Shown here piece by piece: positions 63,451 through 64,000 of a stretch of DNA of 64,000 nucleotides. The notes under the pieces are model-generated. The model worked only from the letters and a program-made list of their open reading frames with translations. It was not told the DNA's origin and made no database searches. Each line of letters starts with the position of its first letter. Position 1 is the first letter of the stretch. Both the position numbers and the translations under genes were made by a program. This stretch comes from Candidatus Aminicenantes bacterium (GTDB lineage Bacteria; Acidobacteriota; Aminicenantia; UBA2199), in assembly GCA_018262835.1 (NCBI GenBank), contig JADFDP010000001.1, forward strand, positions 32,081-96,080, in the 5' to 3' direction.

Positions 63451-64000
63451 AAACCGGCAAAATATCCGTCTACTGCCTGCTGGTTTCGCTGCTGTGGCCT
63501 GCCGGGATCCGGCCCGACGAAACATCATGGCGGCTGGGCCGGGAGCCGCAAAATTATCGTCTGGACAACGGCCTGAGCGTTGTCTGGCAAAGGGATGACG
63601 CCGCGGCCAACTCCGTTGTGGTGCTGGTCGTGCGCGGCGGCGACCGTGACGACCCCCCCGGCAAGCCGGGGTTGGCGTATCTTACGGGGCGGCTGGCCCT
63701 GGAGATCCCCGACCCGAAAAAGCTCCAGCAATTGATGGGTTTTGGTTCCACTTTTTCGCTTGCCGTCGGCGGGGATTATGCGTTGATCACCATCCGCTCA
63801 CTGAGCCGCTACCTGGCACCCACCCTGACCGTCATGACCGCGATCCTGACCCAGCCGCTTTTTTCCGACCAGCGCATCGATGTAATCAAGGACCTGATGC
63901 GGCATCTGCAAAGGATGGAGACGGACAATCCCACCGAATTCATGCGCAAGACCGCGGGCAAAACTTTTTTCGGCCCCGCCGCCTACGGCGCGGCTCTCTT
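63447..64000 (+). CDS. M16-family peptidase-like protein lacking the HxxEH motif (partial, runs off the window)
   Basis: ATGA overlap with the upstream M16 gene. Signal peptide present. PGLAYLTGRLAL occupies the place of HxxEH. The frame is open to nt 64000. Confidence 0.6.
   Translation, partial: MKTGKISVYCLLVSLLWPAGIRPDETSWRLGREPQNYRLDNGLSVVWQRDDAAANSVVVLVVRGGDRDDPPGKPGLAYLTGRLALEIPDPKKLQQLMGFGSTFSLAVGGDYALITIRSLSRYLAPTLTVMTAILTQPLFSDQRIDVIKDLMRHLQRMETDNPTEFMRKTAGKTFFGPAAYGAAL

Overview
64-kb chromosomal segment of a diderm (Gram-negative-type) bacterium. Bacterial hallmarks present: rpmH-rnpA-yidD-yidC-jag-mnmE-mnmG, TonB-type domains, FadL/TorF/porin-like outer-membrane proteins, and T2SS/T4P-type pseudopilins. 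Housekeeping genes sit at roughly 55-65% G+C by spot counts. I could support about 60 protein genes, one tRNA-Arg(CCT), several near-consensus sigma-70 promoters and a few terminators. Recognisable housekeeping content: gatE-gatD, asnS, pyrK-pyrD-pyrF, fhs, pepT, an NtrY-like kinase, and a yjcH-actP acetate-uptake module. There are also many secreted or outer-membrane proteins: C1 and M64 peptidases, an M16 pair, VIT/vWA proteins and beta-propellers. I found no CRISPR array, rRNA, IS element, integrase or phage gene. Main second-look items: (1) the 3' end of gatD is present four times in direct orientation. One copy is intact and three are remnants. The best remnant differs only by synonymous changes. 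The copies delimit three compositionally heterogeneous gene cassettes. (2) The same architecture recurs at an EamA/DMT transporter gene. Its last 168 nt are repeated 8.1 kb downstream, bracketing the acetate-uptake/signalling block and abutting a truncated HU/IHF gene. (3) An archaeal-type GatDE amidotransferase lies in an otherwise bacterial context, with asnS nearby. (4) A membrane Cache-PAS-CBS-DUF294 nucleotidyltransferase, a metallophosphoesterase and a porin are fused into the actP operon. (5) A five-gene, translationally coupled SDR-PAP2-SDR-CPBP-SDR operon of unknown lipid-related function. (6) rnpA is split by a +1 frameshift in a T10 run. All functional calls rest on motif recognition by eye; no database search was possible.
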